NCBI GenBank assembly: GCA_028023455.1
Contig: JAQFVV010000008.1
Coordinates: 1,922,001 to 1,986,000 of the forward strand
Source: Epiperipatus broadwayi
Taxonomy: Eukaryota; Animalia; Onychophora
Direction of reading: 5' to 3'
DNA length: 64,000 bases
Shown here: piece by piece, positions 25,303-40,629 of the stretch
Numbering within the stretch: position 1 is the stretch's first letter
Layout of the letters: every line of letters starts with the position of its first letter
Made by a program: the position numbers and the translations under genes
The notes under the pieces: model-generated
Told to the model about the DNA's origin: nothing
Database searches by the model: none
What the model saw: only the letters and a program-made list of their open reading frames with translations

Positions 25303-27164
25303 CATCATCATTTCATATGCTTACATATGCTGTTAATAAGAGTATCCAACTCTCCATACCATAGTGCCACAAGAGCAAGCCTTCATAATTAATCAAGGAA
25401 TGCAGGAAGGTTTGTGGTTAAAATCCCTACCTAAGGGCTACTTATATAACACTTGCTGACTAGTTTCTAGCTTGTGGCTCTCAAATCAGGAGCCTTGAAT
25501 TTAAGAGTACTGCACTTAGATCTTAGGATCCAAGGCAGCCCTCCAGCAGCCATCTTTTACCCATTTGGTTAACTATAAAGCTTGGACCACAAGATGAAAA
25601 CACCATGTTTCAAACCCAAGCTCATTCGCTTGTATAATCATATAGATCTGAACTCAGTTCAGCATCGATACATTTTGGTATATTTAGTTTTTCAAAAACC
25701 ACAGTCTCCATTATCCTATGGACAGGATAGGTACAAAACCATCAAAACATCACGATAAACATTTCGTATGCTTACATATACTGTTAATAACTGTACTAAA
25801 CTCTCCATATAGTAGTGTCACAAGTGCAAGCCTTTGTAATCATTGATGCAAGAAGGTTTGTGCATAAAATTCCTATCTAGTGCTTGCTCATCCAACATTC
25901 CCAGACTAGTTTCTAGTTTGTGGCTTTCATCAGTGAGGAGCTTTTGATTTGTGAGCACTGCACATAGATCTCAGGACCCAATGCAACCCTCCCCAGCCAA
26001 CTTTTACTTATTTGGTTAACTATAAAGCTTGGATCCCAAGATAAAAACACCATGTTTCCAACCCAAGCTCATTCGCTTATATAATCATATAGATTTGAAC
26101 TCAATTCAACATCTATACATTTTGTGGTGTCTTTGGTTTTTCAAAAACCACAGTCATCATTATCCAATGGACAGGATAGATATAAAACCATCAAAACATC
26201 ATGATCAGAATTTCATATGCTTACATGTGTTGTTAATAGGAGCACCAAACTCTCCAAACAGTAATGACACAAATGCAAACCTTTGTAATCAATAGATGTA
26301 GGAAGGTTTGTGCATAAAATTCCTATCTAGTGCCTACTCATCCAACATCCCCAGACTAGTTTGTAGCTTTCATCAGTGAGGAGCCTTTGATTTGAGAGTA
26401 CTGCATCTAAATCTTATGATCCAATGCAACCCTCTAACAGCCAGCCACCTTTTACCTATTTGGTTAACTATAAAGCTAGGAGCCTGAGATGAAAATGCCA
26501 TAATGTTTCCAATCCAAGCTCATTCACTTGTATAGCCATATTGATCTGAACTCAGTTCAGCATCTATACATTTGGGTGTCTTTGGTTTTTCAAAAACTAG
26601 TCTGGAGATGTTGGATGAGTAGGCACTAGATAGGAATTTTATTCACAAAACTTCCTATCTCCACTGATTACAGACTTGCACTTGTGGTACTGCTGTATGG
26701 AGACTTTGGTACCCTTATTAACAGCATGTGTATCTATGAAATAGTGATGTTTGATGGTTTTATACCTATCCTGCCCATAGGATAATGATGACTGCGAGTT
26801 TTAAAAAACCAGAGAGATCAAAAATGTATAGATGCTGAACTGAGTTCATATCAATATGACTATATAAGTGAATGAGCTTGGGTTGGAAGCATTATGGTGT
26901 TTTTATCTTGGGCTCCTAGCATTATAGTTAACCAAATAGGTAAAGGTAGCTGTTGGAGGGTTGCATTGGACCCTAAGATCTAGGTGCAGTGCACTCAAAT
27001 CCAAGGCTCCTCACTGATGAAAGACATGAGCCAGAAACTAATTGGGGAATGTTGGATGAGTAGGCACTAAATAGGGATTTTATGCACAAACCTTCTTGCA
27101 TCCATTGATTACAAAGGTTTGTACTTATGGTCCTACTATATAGAGAGTTTGGTATTCTTATTCT
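25303..27164. mobile_element. Family A (diverged subfamily) insertion: ~3 tandem monomers (-) plus ~1.3 monomers (+)
   Basis: TSD CAAATAAA(T/C)GTTA at 25290-25302 and 27165-27177. Hammerhead motifs at ~25455-25492, 25898-25939 and 26348-26382 (-), and ~26592-26608 and 27008-27048 (+). Spacing 446, 450 and 441 bp. Confidence 0.9.
25898..25939 (-). ncRNA. Family A hammerhead, catalytic core intact
   Basis: TCCTCA CTGATGA AAGC CACAA ACT A GAAA CTAG TC TGGGAA. One mismatch each in helices I and II. Confidence 0.7.
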
Positions 27165-30100
27165 CAAATAAACGTTATTTTCAAAAAGTGTAAAAATCAA
27201 ATTATTTTAATTCAGTTATTTTTTTAAATTCTTTGAAATACATTTCAGTTTAAAGATTGGAAGGGGAATGGGAGATATTATGTTAAGAGTTGAGAGCAGG
27301 ATTAATATAATCTGATAAAAAGTAATATATTTGAAATTTATTCTCATTGATATTTCACCTAGATACTTCCAATTTTTTTAAAAATAATATATACTATTTT
27401 TTTTAAATATTTCAATATGTACAGTTTTAAATTAATTTGCTTATTTTCATTAATTATAGAGGATTTGAACTCAGACTTTGAAGCAACCTTCAACTATTCA
27501 AACTATCTCATACTATATTTACAATTAAGTTCCAGGTATAAGAATGCCTGTATTTAAAATCTTCAAAATACTAAATTATTTCTTTTTACATTTTTAAAAA
27601 AAAATCAAAACTTTATATTGCTTCATTTCACAATTTAATTAATTTTGATGCGTGTTTTATTTCAAACTACTTAAATGGGTCATATCTCTAAAATTAAGAG
27701 CCCAAGACAGCAAGATTACTTGAGAAAAATCATCACAGTAGTCACATGTGTAGTGTAGGTGCATCTATTATTAGAAAACTACATACTTATTTATATTGGA
27801 TTATTTTCATCATCTAATATAAGTATTGAATGTCTTTAGAAAAACTTTTATATAAATATTTCAAATGCATTCAACTGTTAGTAATAGCCCACAGGTTAGT
27901 TTAGAATATTTAAATAAAAGTTAAATTTTTCTAAGGACATTCAGTACTTATACTAGATGATGGAAATAGTTCAATATATAAATACAACTAAAATATCATC
28001 ATTACAAACCTTCAGGAAAACACTACAGAGTTATATATATATTTTAATTTTTTTTACAAATTTAATAAATTACACATTCCAGATTTTTTTTTATTTTTAT
28101 ATTGGCCAACTTTAGCAGCCTTTGTTAGCTTTTAAAAATATAAAATTAGGACTACTGGGATATTTATGTATACCAAAATGTGAACAGAACTTATATATTT
28201 CTTATGACATGATTTAATTTACAATTGTATGCTTGCAGATTAATTTGTGTTAAAATATGTTGGCCAAATAATGAAAGATGATGAAAAGATTTGAAAGAAG
28301 TGGGATCTGGGTTAACAAATGAAACTAGTCTACCAGAAATATATCTTTGGAGGTCATTTTTCCATTTCTAATGTATTTGTTCACTATGTTTAACAGTTTT
28401 CATATATATATAAGTATTCATATAAATACAATGAGAGACCAACCTTTTTTCATGTTGATCAAAAGAATGAAAACTGCAAAAATTCTAAATGCATATTCTA
28501 ACCTTAAATTTTTATCCAACTAGCTAAATAAATTCACTGATGCATCCTAATTTTAAATTAATTTAACTTAGTGGCAATAATTCATTTCTACCTAATAAAT
28601 AAATAACTATTATTTTGAGACTCTGATTAAACGAATATAGATTTATAAATGAAAACGCTACATAAATGAAAACGTGGACTATGCTCGGTGGTCGGTTAGT
28701 TATAAAAATTCAGCTGCAGAGATATGCAGTTAAGATAAAGAAAGAAATTAAAATCGTAAAATAAATTATCATCAGTAAATAAATATCTTGAGAAGAGAGA
28801 GAAACTGCAATCATTCCCTAATTAATAATTTAGAATAAAAATAACATTCTCTGAGCTATAAGTATTTGCACCTTTAAATAATAATGATAACTTCTCATGT
28901 TTTTGTTAAGGTTTTTTTTAAAAATATATCTTACAAGCAAATTATTTGACAATATAATCTGAAAATATCTTTCTTATAGCACAATTGAAAATTAAACTCT
29001 TTTATGCCACAACATAACTATAATATCAATAATAATCGATCACTTCTTAAATAAGGAATAATGATAATAATAATCTCAGGGTTTCTTTGTTTACTTTAGG
29101 AAAATACTCTACAGTACTGTGCTGTCACACATGACTGGCACTCTGGTAGGCTATAGGAAATATTCACTTCACTTAAAAGCTAATGTGTCCTCCCATATCA
29201 TAACAACTACTATAACCATTTAAAGGGGTGATAAATATGATCAATAATGATATAAATAATTACATAAAATTTTGAATAATACAGCCTTTTTATCCAGAAT
29301 CTCAGCCAAAATAATAGAAAGACAAGGGTACCTTTTGTATCCTTCCATCATCCATGACAACACAATAAATTAACTAAACTAATTAATTCAACAATTTAAC
29401 TAAATATAACTGGAATAATGTGCAGTCAGGATTAATAACTTAGAAATAAATTCATTTTCCTATTAAATAATGCTTAATCTGAAGTTTGCAATTCCCATAA
29501 AATAATTATCATAAAAATAAAATGTTCAGATCTGCATAAGTTTATTTATCTGGTATATTAATATTTCTAAAGTTTGAAATAATTTAGGACTCAAGAAAAA
29601 TGTTTTGCAAATATTTTGTAAACACACTTATACTTGGCATATAAAAAAATAAATAAATTGACAACGAATATTGAAAAAGACTACAATTTATTATCAACAC
29701 AGAATGAAACAAAATACACAAATTTATTAAATAATATAACATTGATACTACAAATACATTAAGCTGTCCTCTACTAGGATATAAATTAAAATAATAAATT
29801 CCTATATGTTTGGAATCCAGCTAGTATACTGGAGTAACTAGCTAAAATGTGCAGCTGATTTACCACTACACTGATTTATAATTTTTATAAACTTTCTATA
29901 AAATAAATCTCTAACTTTTAATTATATGGCTAACTAATTTTTTTTATTTTTTATTACTATTACGATATGAAATACATAAAAGTAATTGCATATTATTTGT
30001 GTAACCTAATAAACTGGGTTCAAATACAATTCTTTTAAAATATTAAATTTATTACTAATAAAGTTAACCAAGTTACGGTTTATAATTAGACAAATTATGA

Positions 30101-33100
30101 CTAAGTATGGGTCATTTATCAGAAGTGCCACTCACCATTTCACACTTAACTTAATGTCCACATAAATTATGATAAATATTTTAATTATGAATGACTTAAT
30201 TCAAGCTAATAATATTTCTTCACTATTAATAACACTAAAATATTGTGTTTGATTATTCCCTTAATACATAAGCGTTTTAATACGCAATTTTAGATTAATT
30301 TTATTCCATTGGTTTGCTTGTGAATTACCAGCAAGGCTCAGTAGCACAATACAGATATTGATCCCAATTACTAAGGCACTACTGATAATAAAGTGCCCCT
30401 TTAGGAACTAACACCTCAAATCCAACATTTATCCTTGCCATAACTTTTAAACAGAGCACAATAATCTACACTTTCTATGGTGGAAAGATATATTTAATTT
30501 CACATGAGGAATGCAAAAATAACAACTAATGTCTTTAGAGTAAAATACGACACAAGCATTTGGTGGTTTCTAGCCTATTTCTTAGGCATAAAAATGTATA
30601 GGTGTGGACTCTATCTCACCACCTAAAGAAAAGAACACACACCAAAGATAATCCTCTCTTGGGATTAAATTACATTAAGTATACTAAATATTATATATAC
30701 TCTGGATCGTCCTCTTCATGAGACTCGATCACATTGACTACCAAACATACCATAACACTATAGCAAAACTAATCCTCTCATGGAAAATAAAGTATTTTGG
30801 GGAGATCATCTCCATCCCACAAAACAAAATACATTATAAATATTAAAATATGTTGATATCAAACATATACCAACTCTACACTTAGGCAAGATAGCAAAAC
30901 ATACTAACAATAATAAACGTATATTAAAATGTATACTTCAATCAATATCTGAAACCAATGAATTAAAATACACGTTTCAGCCCCGTGCGACTGTACATAA
31001 CATGCAGAAAAGTATAATAAATTTAATTCTAATGAAGGAATATTCGACAGCAATGTATAGCATACAAGCTTAAATTAAAATAAAGTGAACGTACTATTAA
31101 AGAATAACTGTTACTAAATTACCTAATTAATACAATATAAATTCTGTTGACTTTAAACAAGAAATATTTTGTTATAGCATTATTTTTTTCTAATGAAATA
31201 GAAGCAGATTATATAAAAAATAAATGAATTGAGTATTTATTGGTCATTCTCTTAACCCCAGCGACCTCTACCAAAAAAAAATCATTTGATTACAACATAA
31301 ACAAAAAAAAAAAGATTGTATAACTTATTAGAATCATGTCGTTTTCAATATTATTTAAAATGTATTACAAAACAGTTTAATAAATGAAAATAATAAATAC
31401 ATTCAAACCAACAATAATTATCTGTGATTATAATTACACATGAAATTATTTTCTTCAAAATAAATTCATCAAAAGTTTTTTTTAAAAACAATACTAACTT
31501 AAAATTTACTTAATTGACATTTATGGTTTTTTGTTTATATAACCATTTTAGAACTAAATACAGTTTATTACATCTGTTTTAAATTACATTAACTTGCTCT
31601 TATACCAATATCTTACTTAGATTATTCTGTCATTTGAAAAACATGATATTGCATTGGGGAACATATTGTTTATTCACACAAATCATGTTTAGGTAAAAGG
31701 GATAGCATACTTTATTACCAAATATTATTTCTTTTATTTTATTTTTTATTTTTCTAAAGAATAACATCAATTTCATGCATAAATAATGTTAAATGAAACC
31801 AAGTGCCAAAAGCACTGGGTTACAATATATAAAAGATGGATAATCATATTTATTGTCAAATAAAAATATACATGACTGAGCAAATGGCATGATTCAGCAA
31901 ATAGCTAACCAATAAATTAATAAAATGATAATTTTTTTAAGATAAGAAAAAAACTGTTATCTGTCAATGTTTCATTATTCTTTTTAATATAGACATTTTA
32001 AAAATTACACTCATAAATAACATTTCATTTATATAAATATTAAACAAAACAAGAGTTTGCAAAGATTTATTTAGTTCCAAGATATATTTTCTAATAGTCA
32101 TCTCTCCTATCAATTAATTAAAAATATCCCAGTTCAACTATTAAAAGTTTTCCTCAAGATCAATAAAATAAATATTAACTTCTTTTTGACTTTCTGTGTA
32201 TTCATCATCTACTGCATATTGTTTCTTTAGCTTTTCTAAAATCAAATTGTGTCCTTCTTACTACAAATATATTGTAAATATATTTACTCACATTTTTAAT
32301 AACTTAATATTGTTTATTTACTAGTGCAGTAGTCATATACGTAACTTTAATGATGGGATTTACACCCTATGCACATGTGCTATGATGTTGCTTTAATATC
32401 TCAATGATGTTTTGTTGAATATGGAGGATATTCTCAAACCAAAGCCTAAGATAAAGACTTAGAAAAGAATGGCCTTCACAGCTTTTGTACCTAAATTCAA
32501 TTATATAGGCCAATCTAAAGTGTCTTCTTAATTAAATGAGAGATTAAATTAATTTTTCTAAAATTCCCACATTTGACTTATTTAAATTTCTCTTTAAAAG
32601 AATATAAGTACTGAAAGTCTGTTGCGACTTTTTACATGTCAAAAAGTACATTACTAATATTGTTTCTCTCATATAGCTATCTAAAATTAAAAAAAAAAAA
32701 AGACTGGAATTTTATCAAATCCCTGATTTTTGTAACAATCATCCTGTTATTCTTGCATAGTTTCTATCTAAAATTGTCAATCTCCCAATAGCTTTCATAA
32801 CTGCCTTCAATTTCTAACCAACTTTTTTTGTTCCTATTTATCTTATTTCTTTGTCATGATTTAAAATAATTTAGGATAAAAAAATTCTAATCTAACTCAC
32901 TGTTCATAGTAAAAATTTATCAATGTAAGTAAAATATTTAATAAAAGCCATTGAACATATATTAAAATTTTAAATATATCTATCTATTCATTCAATGTTA
33001 GCATCTCATATAAGCATGAAACAATTAAATAAAAATAACCACAATAACAAAATAAAACCCTTATTTAAAAGATAAACAATACTTGTTGACATTACTTTTA

Positions 33101-35008
33101 AAGATTTAATGCTATAGGAAAGACAAGAAATACTCCAATAAAAAAAAATCACTATCAAATAGGTTCCCTCCCCCAATAAAGCACACACATACACAAAGAA
33201 AACTAAAATAAGGCAATATGAACTGAAAAAAAAAAGTATAAGAAAAGCAAAACAAACCAAAAAAAGAATGCAGACATGTTGAGAAGTCAAGTAAGGCAGA
33301 AAAAAATTAATAAACAAAATTAAAGAGTATTAGTCTTGATACCAGCTAGAATGATGTGAAAAAGAATCAAGGAAATATGAATTAGGTCATTTATTAGCTA
33401 AACAATGGATTATGTAAAAAAATCTAATAATGAAAAGTAGATTTAGACATTTCATTTCAAATATAATTAGAAAATTAGAACAATATCCAATAAAAAAAAA
33501 AAGGAATTTGGCTTCATACAAAATAATAATAGAATAGAAATTGTCCTTAGATTGAAAATCAAGTTTCTAAAAAACAATTGTGGCAATATAAGAAATATTA
33601 CCATGTTAAAAAGGATCAATGAAAAAATTAAGATTTAAAAAAATTTTAATCAAAAATTAATTTTAAAATCGTTTCAACAATCTTTTTAGAAATGAAAGTT
33701 TGATTTTTAAAAAGTTAAATTTAACTATTAAGTTAATATTATACTGTATTATTGAATATTTTTCTGAAAATGTCAATAGTTGCTGAAGTAACTAAAAAGA
33801 AATTTTGCCAATAAACAGATATTAGAAAATAATTGGAATGTATAAATCAGTAAAACAGTAAACTGATTTATATATAATAAAGAATTGATGTATATTACAG
33901 AAAAAAAAAGAGAAAAATAGGAAAAAAAAATCCAGAGATTAATAGAAAAGATATTAGATAAAACAACATTCCACTTAACTTGACAACAGTCAATTTGGGG
34001 GGTGGGATAGTAATCATTTATAAAATTTTGGTAAAAGATCAAAACTATATTAAAGAAAACACATCAAGAAATGCATTATGGTAATTGATCAAAAGCCTTA
34101 CAAATAACAAAATCACAAACTTTTTGATAGACAAACTCCTTAAATTATTTAGATAAAAGATCACCAGTAAAGAAATTATTTAAAAACAAAACATACAATT
34201 TATTATTTAATAGACATAATTTGTTTTCTAAACAAGGGAAAGAAATATAAGAGCAATAGAAGGATATTTAAAGAAAAAACACATTACAATGTGTAATTCA
34301 GAAAATTTATAATTTCTAAAAAAAAAAAAAAAAAGCTTAAAAAGTCAGCAAAAAATTCAGGTTATTGAGTTAAACATTTATTTTTAGCGCTGTCAGCGTC
34401 ATTCATTCAGATATCGTAAACAGTAGTTTAAAGTGAGTAGTCTATCCTCACACTTTCACTTACAGTACTTAAGATTTGCCCATATATAAGCATTTGGGTT
34501 GGATTGAATAAGTGGATTCATTTTATTCTTTCCTAAATACTATATCTTGTGTTGGAAGTGGAAGTACTCATTTATTATTTAACACTCGTGAAAAAGCGCA
34601 GAATAGCTTAAATGGCTGATTAAATTTGTTACTGAGTTAAGTAATAATCAATATGCTAAACAATTATTTCCTTAATGAAATAAAAAAAAATGTTGCAAAC
34701 TATGATTATTTGCAGCAAGAATTCTGAAATCACTTCAAAAATTCGAAAGCTGGATTCTGCAGCCTGATGGATAAATATGGAACAGCTAATTTTAGGATAC
34801 CAAAAGTTGTATTAACCAGATATCTATCACACAGATGCTAGAATTATAACAACTTTTTTGGCCTCAGAAAAATCTGATTCCCAAAGCTCCAGTCATAAAC
34901 GTTTTCTGGAAAAACAGAATATATAAATGATGAACAACAAACTGAAGAGGTCCATAGCATATCCCAGAGAAAAAGTGACTCATTCTCTCTCCAACCAGTC
35001 TGTAGTAT

Positions 35009-35599
35009 TGGTGTTAAACCACTAAACATCACATGATCACCATCTCATGCTAGCACATAACTGTTAGTAAACAGGCAAAAATTCTCCATATAGTAGTGCC
35101 CCCTTGTGCTAAACAGAGTAATCAATGGATGCCAGAAGGCTTGTGCATAAAATCTCTATCTAGCATGAGATGATCTTGTGATGTTTAGTAGTTTAACACC
35201 AATCCTGCCTAATAGGATAATGGTGTCTATGGTTGTTAAAGAGCCAAAGTCACCAAAATGTATGGGTGCTGAATTGAGTTCAGACCCATATGACTATATA
35301 AGCTATTGAGCTTAGATTGAAAATATTATTGTGTTTTCAATTTCATTCTCATAGTTTTGTAGTAAAGTAGAGATAAAAGGTGGCTGCTGGAGGGTTGCAT
35401 TAGATCCTAAGATCTAGGTGCAATGCTCTCAGATCTAAGGCTCCTCACTGATGAAGGCCACAAGCCAGAAACTAGTCTTGGGATATTGGATGAGTAGGCA
35501 CTAGATAGGAATTTTAAGCACAAGCCTTCTGGCATCATTGATTACTCTGGTTAGCAGAAGGTGGCACTATTATATGGAGAGTTTTTGCCTGTTTATTTA
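35009..35599. mobile_element. Family A insertion (13-bp TSD)
   Basis: TSD CAGTCTGTAGTAT at 34996-35008 and 35600-35612. Inverted arm to ~35165, then about one monomer on +. Confidence 0.92.
35442..35483 (+). ncRNA. Family A hammerhead, catalytic core intact
   Basis: TCCTCA CTGATGA AGGC CACAA GCC A GAAA CTAG TC^TTGGGA. One helix I mismatch. Confidence 0.78.
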
Positions 35600-37646
35600 C
35601 AGTCTGTAGTATGTTATATAATAATATAATTTAGCTACTCATCACAAAAATTTTAAGATGCTAGCCTGTTGGATTAAGGGTTATGACATGGAATGAGATC
35701 TACATTTTATAACAAATTCCTACTGAAATATGTGAAATGATTCCAACTGTGTATGGCAATGGAGCCATTAGCTGCAAGCATGTTTTCAAATAACTTGCAA
35801 GATTTTCGTGAAGGCAGGGAAGGCATTGATGATGCACTACAAAGATACGAAACATATCTCATTTCATATAATTCGTGATCTAGATACGATAGCACTTTAA
35901 AATTTTTAGAGTGAGAATAGCTAAACTATGACTTAATGTAATATATATTTATTGATTTAGAGATAGGGGTTTCTGGCAGCTTAGAAAAAAAATCCAGACT
36001 TCTTTTCTCTGGGACACTCTTTGTGCATAAAAAAGCAAATGTCATAAACAACATATAAAAAGTATAATCATAACTATTCAATATCAAGCTAATATAATGA
36101 TTAATTAATTAATGAACATAATGATACATAGAATTTATTTAAATATTACTACATTCAAACTTCTAAAAGCTACTGCTATGTGCTTCTTGTCAACCAGATG
36201 AATAGTTTTATCCAATAAAACAAAGTATCCAACCAAATTATCAAATTTAACATTCTATATCTAGATTATAATTAAAAATGTTTCTGAAAAAAACAATCCA
36301 TTGCCTCAGTTAACATCTATTTACCGACATGTCAGCTAAAAAACTATAGAAAGAATATATTGTGATCTCAATAATTTTCTAATTCTACTACCATAAATAT
36401 CGATATAATAGCATGGAAAAACAAAAATGTCAATACTGACACTTTATCATTATTATTAAATTTTCACTGCCTATTAGAATAAATATCTGCTTTGAACTTT
36501 CTTTTTATTTGAATTATTTAAAAAATGGTTGGCATAACAACTAATTCAAAAAAGATCAACAAAACTGAATACAATACCAACCCTATGTTTAGGGATATCT
36601 TTACTGGTACAAGTTTACATGCAGCCTATTTTAGCTGCCGACATTTTATAACACATTTCACATTAATAACTTTACTGGAATGTGAATAAAGAGATATCGA
36701 GTGTAACCTCAAGCATGTCATTCGCAATGGGTTGACTTGGAAGCACGAGTAAGAGAGTTGAGGTTTGATCAGACATAGGGTATTACTATCCTGACTTGGT
36801 CAGCTTTTGGTATCTGGCTCGGACTCTCGGTCTATTGAGCAAGCAAAGTATGTGGTGCACAATAACCAAAATTTATAAATGATATGGCCACAAAGATTTA
36901 CATTTACAGTAGAAAAATAATTTGAATTAAAGTTTTAATTATGATACATAATTCTTGACAAATGGTGCTTTTGACTTTAAATTGATCAAATTTGTAATAA
37001 ATACATAATTGTATCAAAATTATTTATTTCTCTTCAAAAAATCATTTGAGTTTTTAATGAGGGAATATTTAATATTTCACCATAAACATTTACTGCCATT
37101 CTTTGATTTTGTTTGACGGCACTCATAGTGAATTTATTTCCTTATTTTCAGAAATTTTTGTTTCATCTTCACATATAACTAACTGATTATTTTAAAAAAA
37201 TTATAATGCTTTGACAATTTATTAACTTATTTTTTTGGTATCAACAGTCTTTTCTAATTTTTACCCATAGTTGAGGGCGAAAAAATCATTAATTAGTTTT
37301 GTGAGTATAATTCCAAAATAGACAAAATATGCAAATACATTATTTAAAAATGAATAAATAAGGTATTTTTTTCAATCAAGTAAAAGAAGAGTCAAATATT
37401 TTCTTGATAAACCACAAACTGTTAAACATATTCAGTTTTCTGAAACAATGCTATTTTTTAACTGTATTTTGTATAGACTATAATAAATGATTTTTTCATT
37501 TTTATAGAATAAATTATATCATTATAATTGCAGATTTTTTTAACAATTAAAAATCAGTTTCATCTCATGATCCCAAAACTACTTCAGGACATTATTTTTC
37601 TTCATGATCATGTTCTAATTCATACAGCATTATTATGTGTATTTAA

Positions 37647-37850
37647 GTAATTTAGCTTGCGCTTTACGCAAAAAAGTGAAGCTTGTCTCAATCTTCTTAC
37701 AAGTTATATGGCTAAGTGCTTTCAGAGACCTTGGGTCTCCATAATCATAGCCTATATAACTTGTAAGAAGATTGAGACAAGCTTCACTTTTTTGCATAAA
37801 GCGCAAGCTAAATTACTTACTATTTAAAGGTGAAGTAGAAAACTAGTATT
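37647..37850. mobile_element. Short foldback insertion (element D) with 14-bp TSD
   Basis: TSD TTATGTGTATTTAA at 37633-37646 and 37851-37864. Near-perfect ~68-bp inverted arms plus an unpaired ~34-nt right tail. Confidence 0.8.
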
Positions 37851-37929
37851 TTATGTGTATTTAAATATATACACTCTGAACGAACCGAAACCAAGTCCAG
37901 GGACTTAACAGGTTGTATAAATCATTTAT

Positions 37930-38118
37930 TATTTCTGTATGCCTACAGGTCAATATATAGATTGTTAAATTGTATATCTGTTAATTAATAATATAAACCT
38001 CTGATATAGATATATTAAATACTAAATTTTAATCATATTAGTTGTAGTTTTTACTAGGAGATAAATTTAGATCTCATGCAATATGAAGAGCTAGAATTAT
38101 GCTCCCAGACATAGCAAT
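37930..38118 (+). repeat. Diverged direct repeat (partner ~45203-45380), possible LTR remnant of the old gypsy element
   Basis: TATTTCTGTATGCCTA...CAGACA(T/A)AGCAA is shared by both copies. The first copy is followed by a PBS-like TTGGCA. Termini and TSD not resolved. Confidence 0.45.
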
Positions 38119-40629
38119 TGGCACAGTCCTGATTTAAACCTGCTTTAACAGCCAGATTTATGTGTATAGAACAATCGGCTAAAATGCAATTGTCAATCGA
38201 AGAGTTCAATGTCAGTGAGGCAGGTAGTTGGCCCCTGTATGCCCAACATGTCAAAAAATCTCTTCATTACGAGAGTTGAAGAGGACAAGATTAAAATAGC
38301 AACAGTATTACGTTTTGCTGGTAAAGAAGATATAGAGATAGCAAACAGGCTCTCAGAACCCTGAAGATTTTTCATATGATCAAATTAAAGATTGATTACT
38401 AAATTATTTTAATCCCCATCCCTCTAGGCATATTGCCAGACTTCATTTCCATGACTGATATCAGAACAGAAATAAAAAAAGGTAAAAGATTACAATATTG
38501 CTCATCATAACTTGGCAAAAAATTGTGTCTACGGATCTTTCCTCAATGAGGTCCTTCTAGAGCAATTTCTAAGGGATATAATTAGTGATAATTTAAGGCA
38601 ACACATTGGCAGATAGCAATTTAAAATTATAATGAAGCTATAAAACATGGGATAGCTTATGAATTAGTTCTCGAGCAATCTTGTAAGTTTGCTGAGAACA
38701 GTAATGCACAACATTTGTAAAATGCATAAACTGATTAAAAAAAAAAATGGCCATAAGGTCAGAAATTATTTCCATAAGAGTGAATATTGCAAAATTTGTA
38801 AAACAACAAAAAAAAAAGGTCGCATTGAAACAATGTGTAAAAATAAAAATAATAAACCTGGCAAAGAAAGAAATAGCTGTATGGGTACATTCAATAGACA
38901 GGGAAATCAATTAGCCAATACAAAAAATACATCGACCACTGAAGTGACAAAATAATGCTAAAATTAAAAATGTGTGACCAACTCATATCTATGGAGGTCG
39001 ATAGTGATGATAGCGATGTATCTCTAATCTCAGTCTGGGAATGGTTTTCTGTAACTTCAAATTATATTAAAACCATGGCAATAGAGAAAACAGACCTAAA
39101 AGCCTTGGATGTAAATGGAAATGCTATCAAAATTAAACAAAAAAGTCTTTGTGAGTAGAATAGAGGGAAAAGAAGTCAAGTTACCTCTATACATAGTGTA
39201 TGCTCCGATTAATCCATTGATAGGCTGGAATTGGTGCAAAAAATTGGGAATAAAACTCATCTTTGTTAAAAAGATTGAAATTGAAAAGTAAGCAAGACAA
39301 ATTTCCTAGGTTGTTTAATGGAGAACCAGGTAAATTAAAATGACTTGTTTCATTAGAAGTAATCCCCGAGGTGATACCTATAATTTGCAAACTGCATAAG
39401 GTTCTGTTTGCTCAGAAAAAAAAAGTAGAAAAGGAAATTAAAGAATTAGTTAAGAGAGGCATGTCAGAACCCACAGAAAAATCTGATTGCACAATGCCAT
39501 TAGTAAATATTACTAAACCCAATGAAAAAATTAGTTTGTGTGCTGACTATTAAGTATCAGTAAAGCTATTAGTAAAAACACATACCCTGTTCCTAAATTC
39601 TAGAGAAATAATAGTGTCTCTGCAGAAATCACATACTGATCACTGAGAAAGCCACAGAAATATTAACATTAATCACATATATAGGGTTATTTAAATGCAA
39701 CAGGCTTCCATTTGGGATAATTTCTGCCCCCCGGCAGCTTTCAGTCAAAAATTGAAATGCTCCTTAGTGAAGTTGAAGGTGTGTCATTCTATTTTTTGAC
39801 AACATTCTTGTTACCACTACTTTGTTTACATAAAGTATGCAAAAAATTATGAATTCGATGCAAAGCTTAATAACCAAAAATGTATCTGGAAAACTAATTT
39901 TATACCATATCATTTCTAAAAACAGCACACCTCCTGCCCCAGAAAAGGCTAAACCTGTAGCAGAACTAATAACATTAAACAATTTCAAGTTTTTTCTGGA
40001 ATCCGTAAACTATTTTGAAAATTTTTTGGATGGGAAAGCTAATATTGCCAGACTTTATATGATTTTCTTAAAAAGAACCAAAAATCGAAAGGAAAAGCTA
40101 ATCAAGAGAAAGCATTTTTACATACAAATTCATTGTTAACTTCAAATAAATTATTAGTGCAATATAATAGCAACTTGGAAGTTACTTTTACTACTGATGC
40201 ATCTGATTTCAGAGTTGGAGCAGTGCTATGGCACTGCACAGTCAGGTAAATGACTCATTGCCTATGTTCACAAACCTTGCCCAAAGAGGAGAAAAATTAT
40301 AGTCAGCCGGTCAAGGAAGCTCTTGCAATAATATTTGGCATCAGAAAATTTCATCAATACACTGCACAGTCAAGTGAATGATCCATTGCCTATGTTCACA
40401 CACCTTATCCAAAGTGGAGAAAAATTATAGTCAGCTGTTCAAGGAAGCTCTTGCAATACTATTTGGCATCAGAAAATTTCATCAATACTTGTACAGATGT
40501 AGATTTACTATAATAACTGATCAGAAACCCTTACTTGGTATTTTAGAGCAAACATGTTCCTGAATATCTTAGCTCCTGCATGATAAGATGGCTCAATATT
40601 CTGTCAGGATATGACTATATATATTCTAG

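Noticed and set aside
18072-34042. Hydrophobic F/I/L-rich ORFs (18072, 18305, 19311, 19597, 23516, 33006, 33773)
   Set aside because: Antisense to A-rich LINE remnants or AT-rich background. The composition is an artefact.
29100-34432. Small exon candidates at 29100-29145 and 34388-34432 (+), and ~30580-30760 (-)
   Set aside because: Splice sites are plausible, but the peptides are unrecognised and phases cannot be chained into a gene model.
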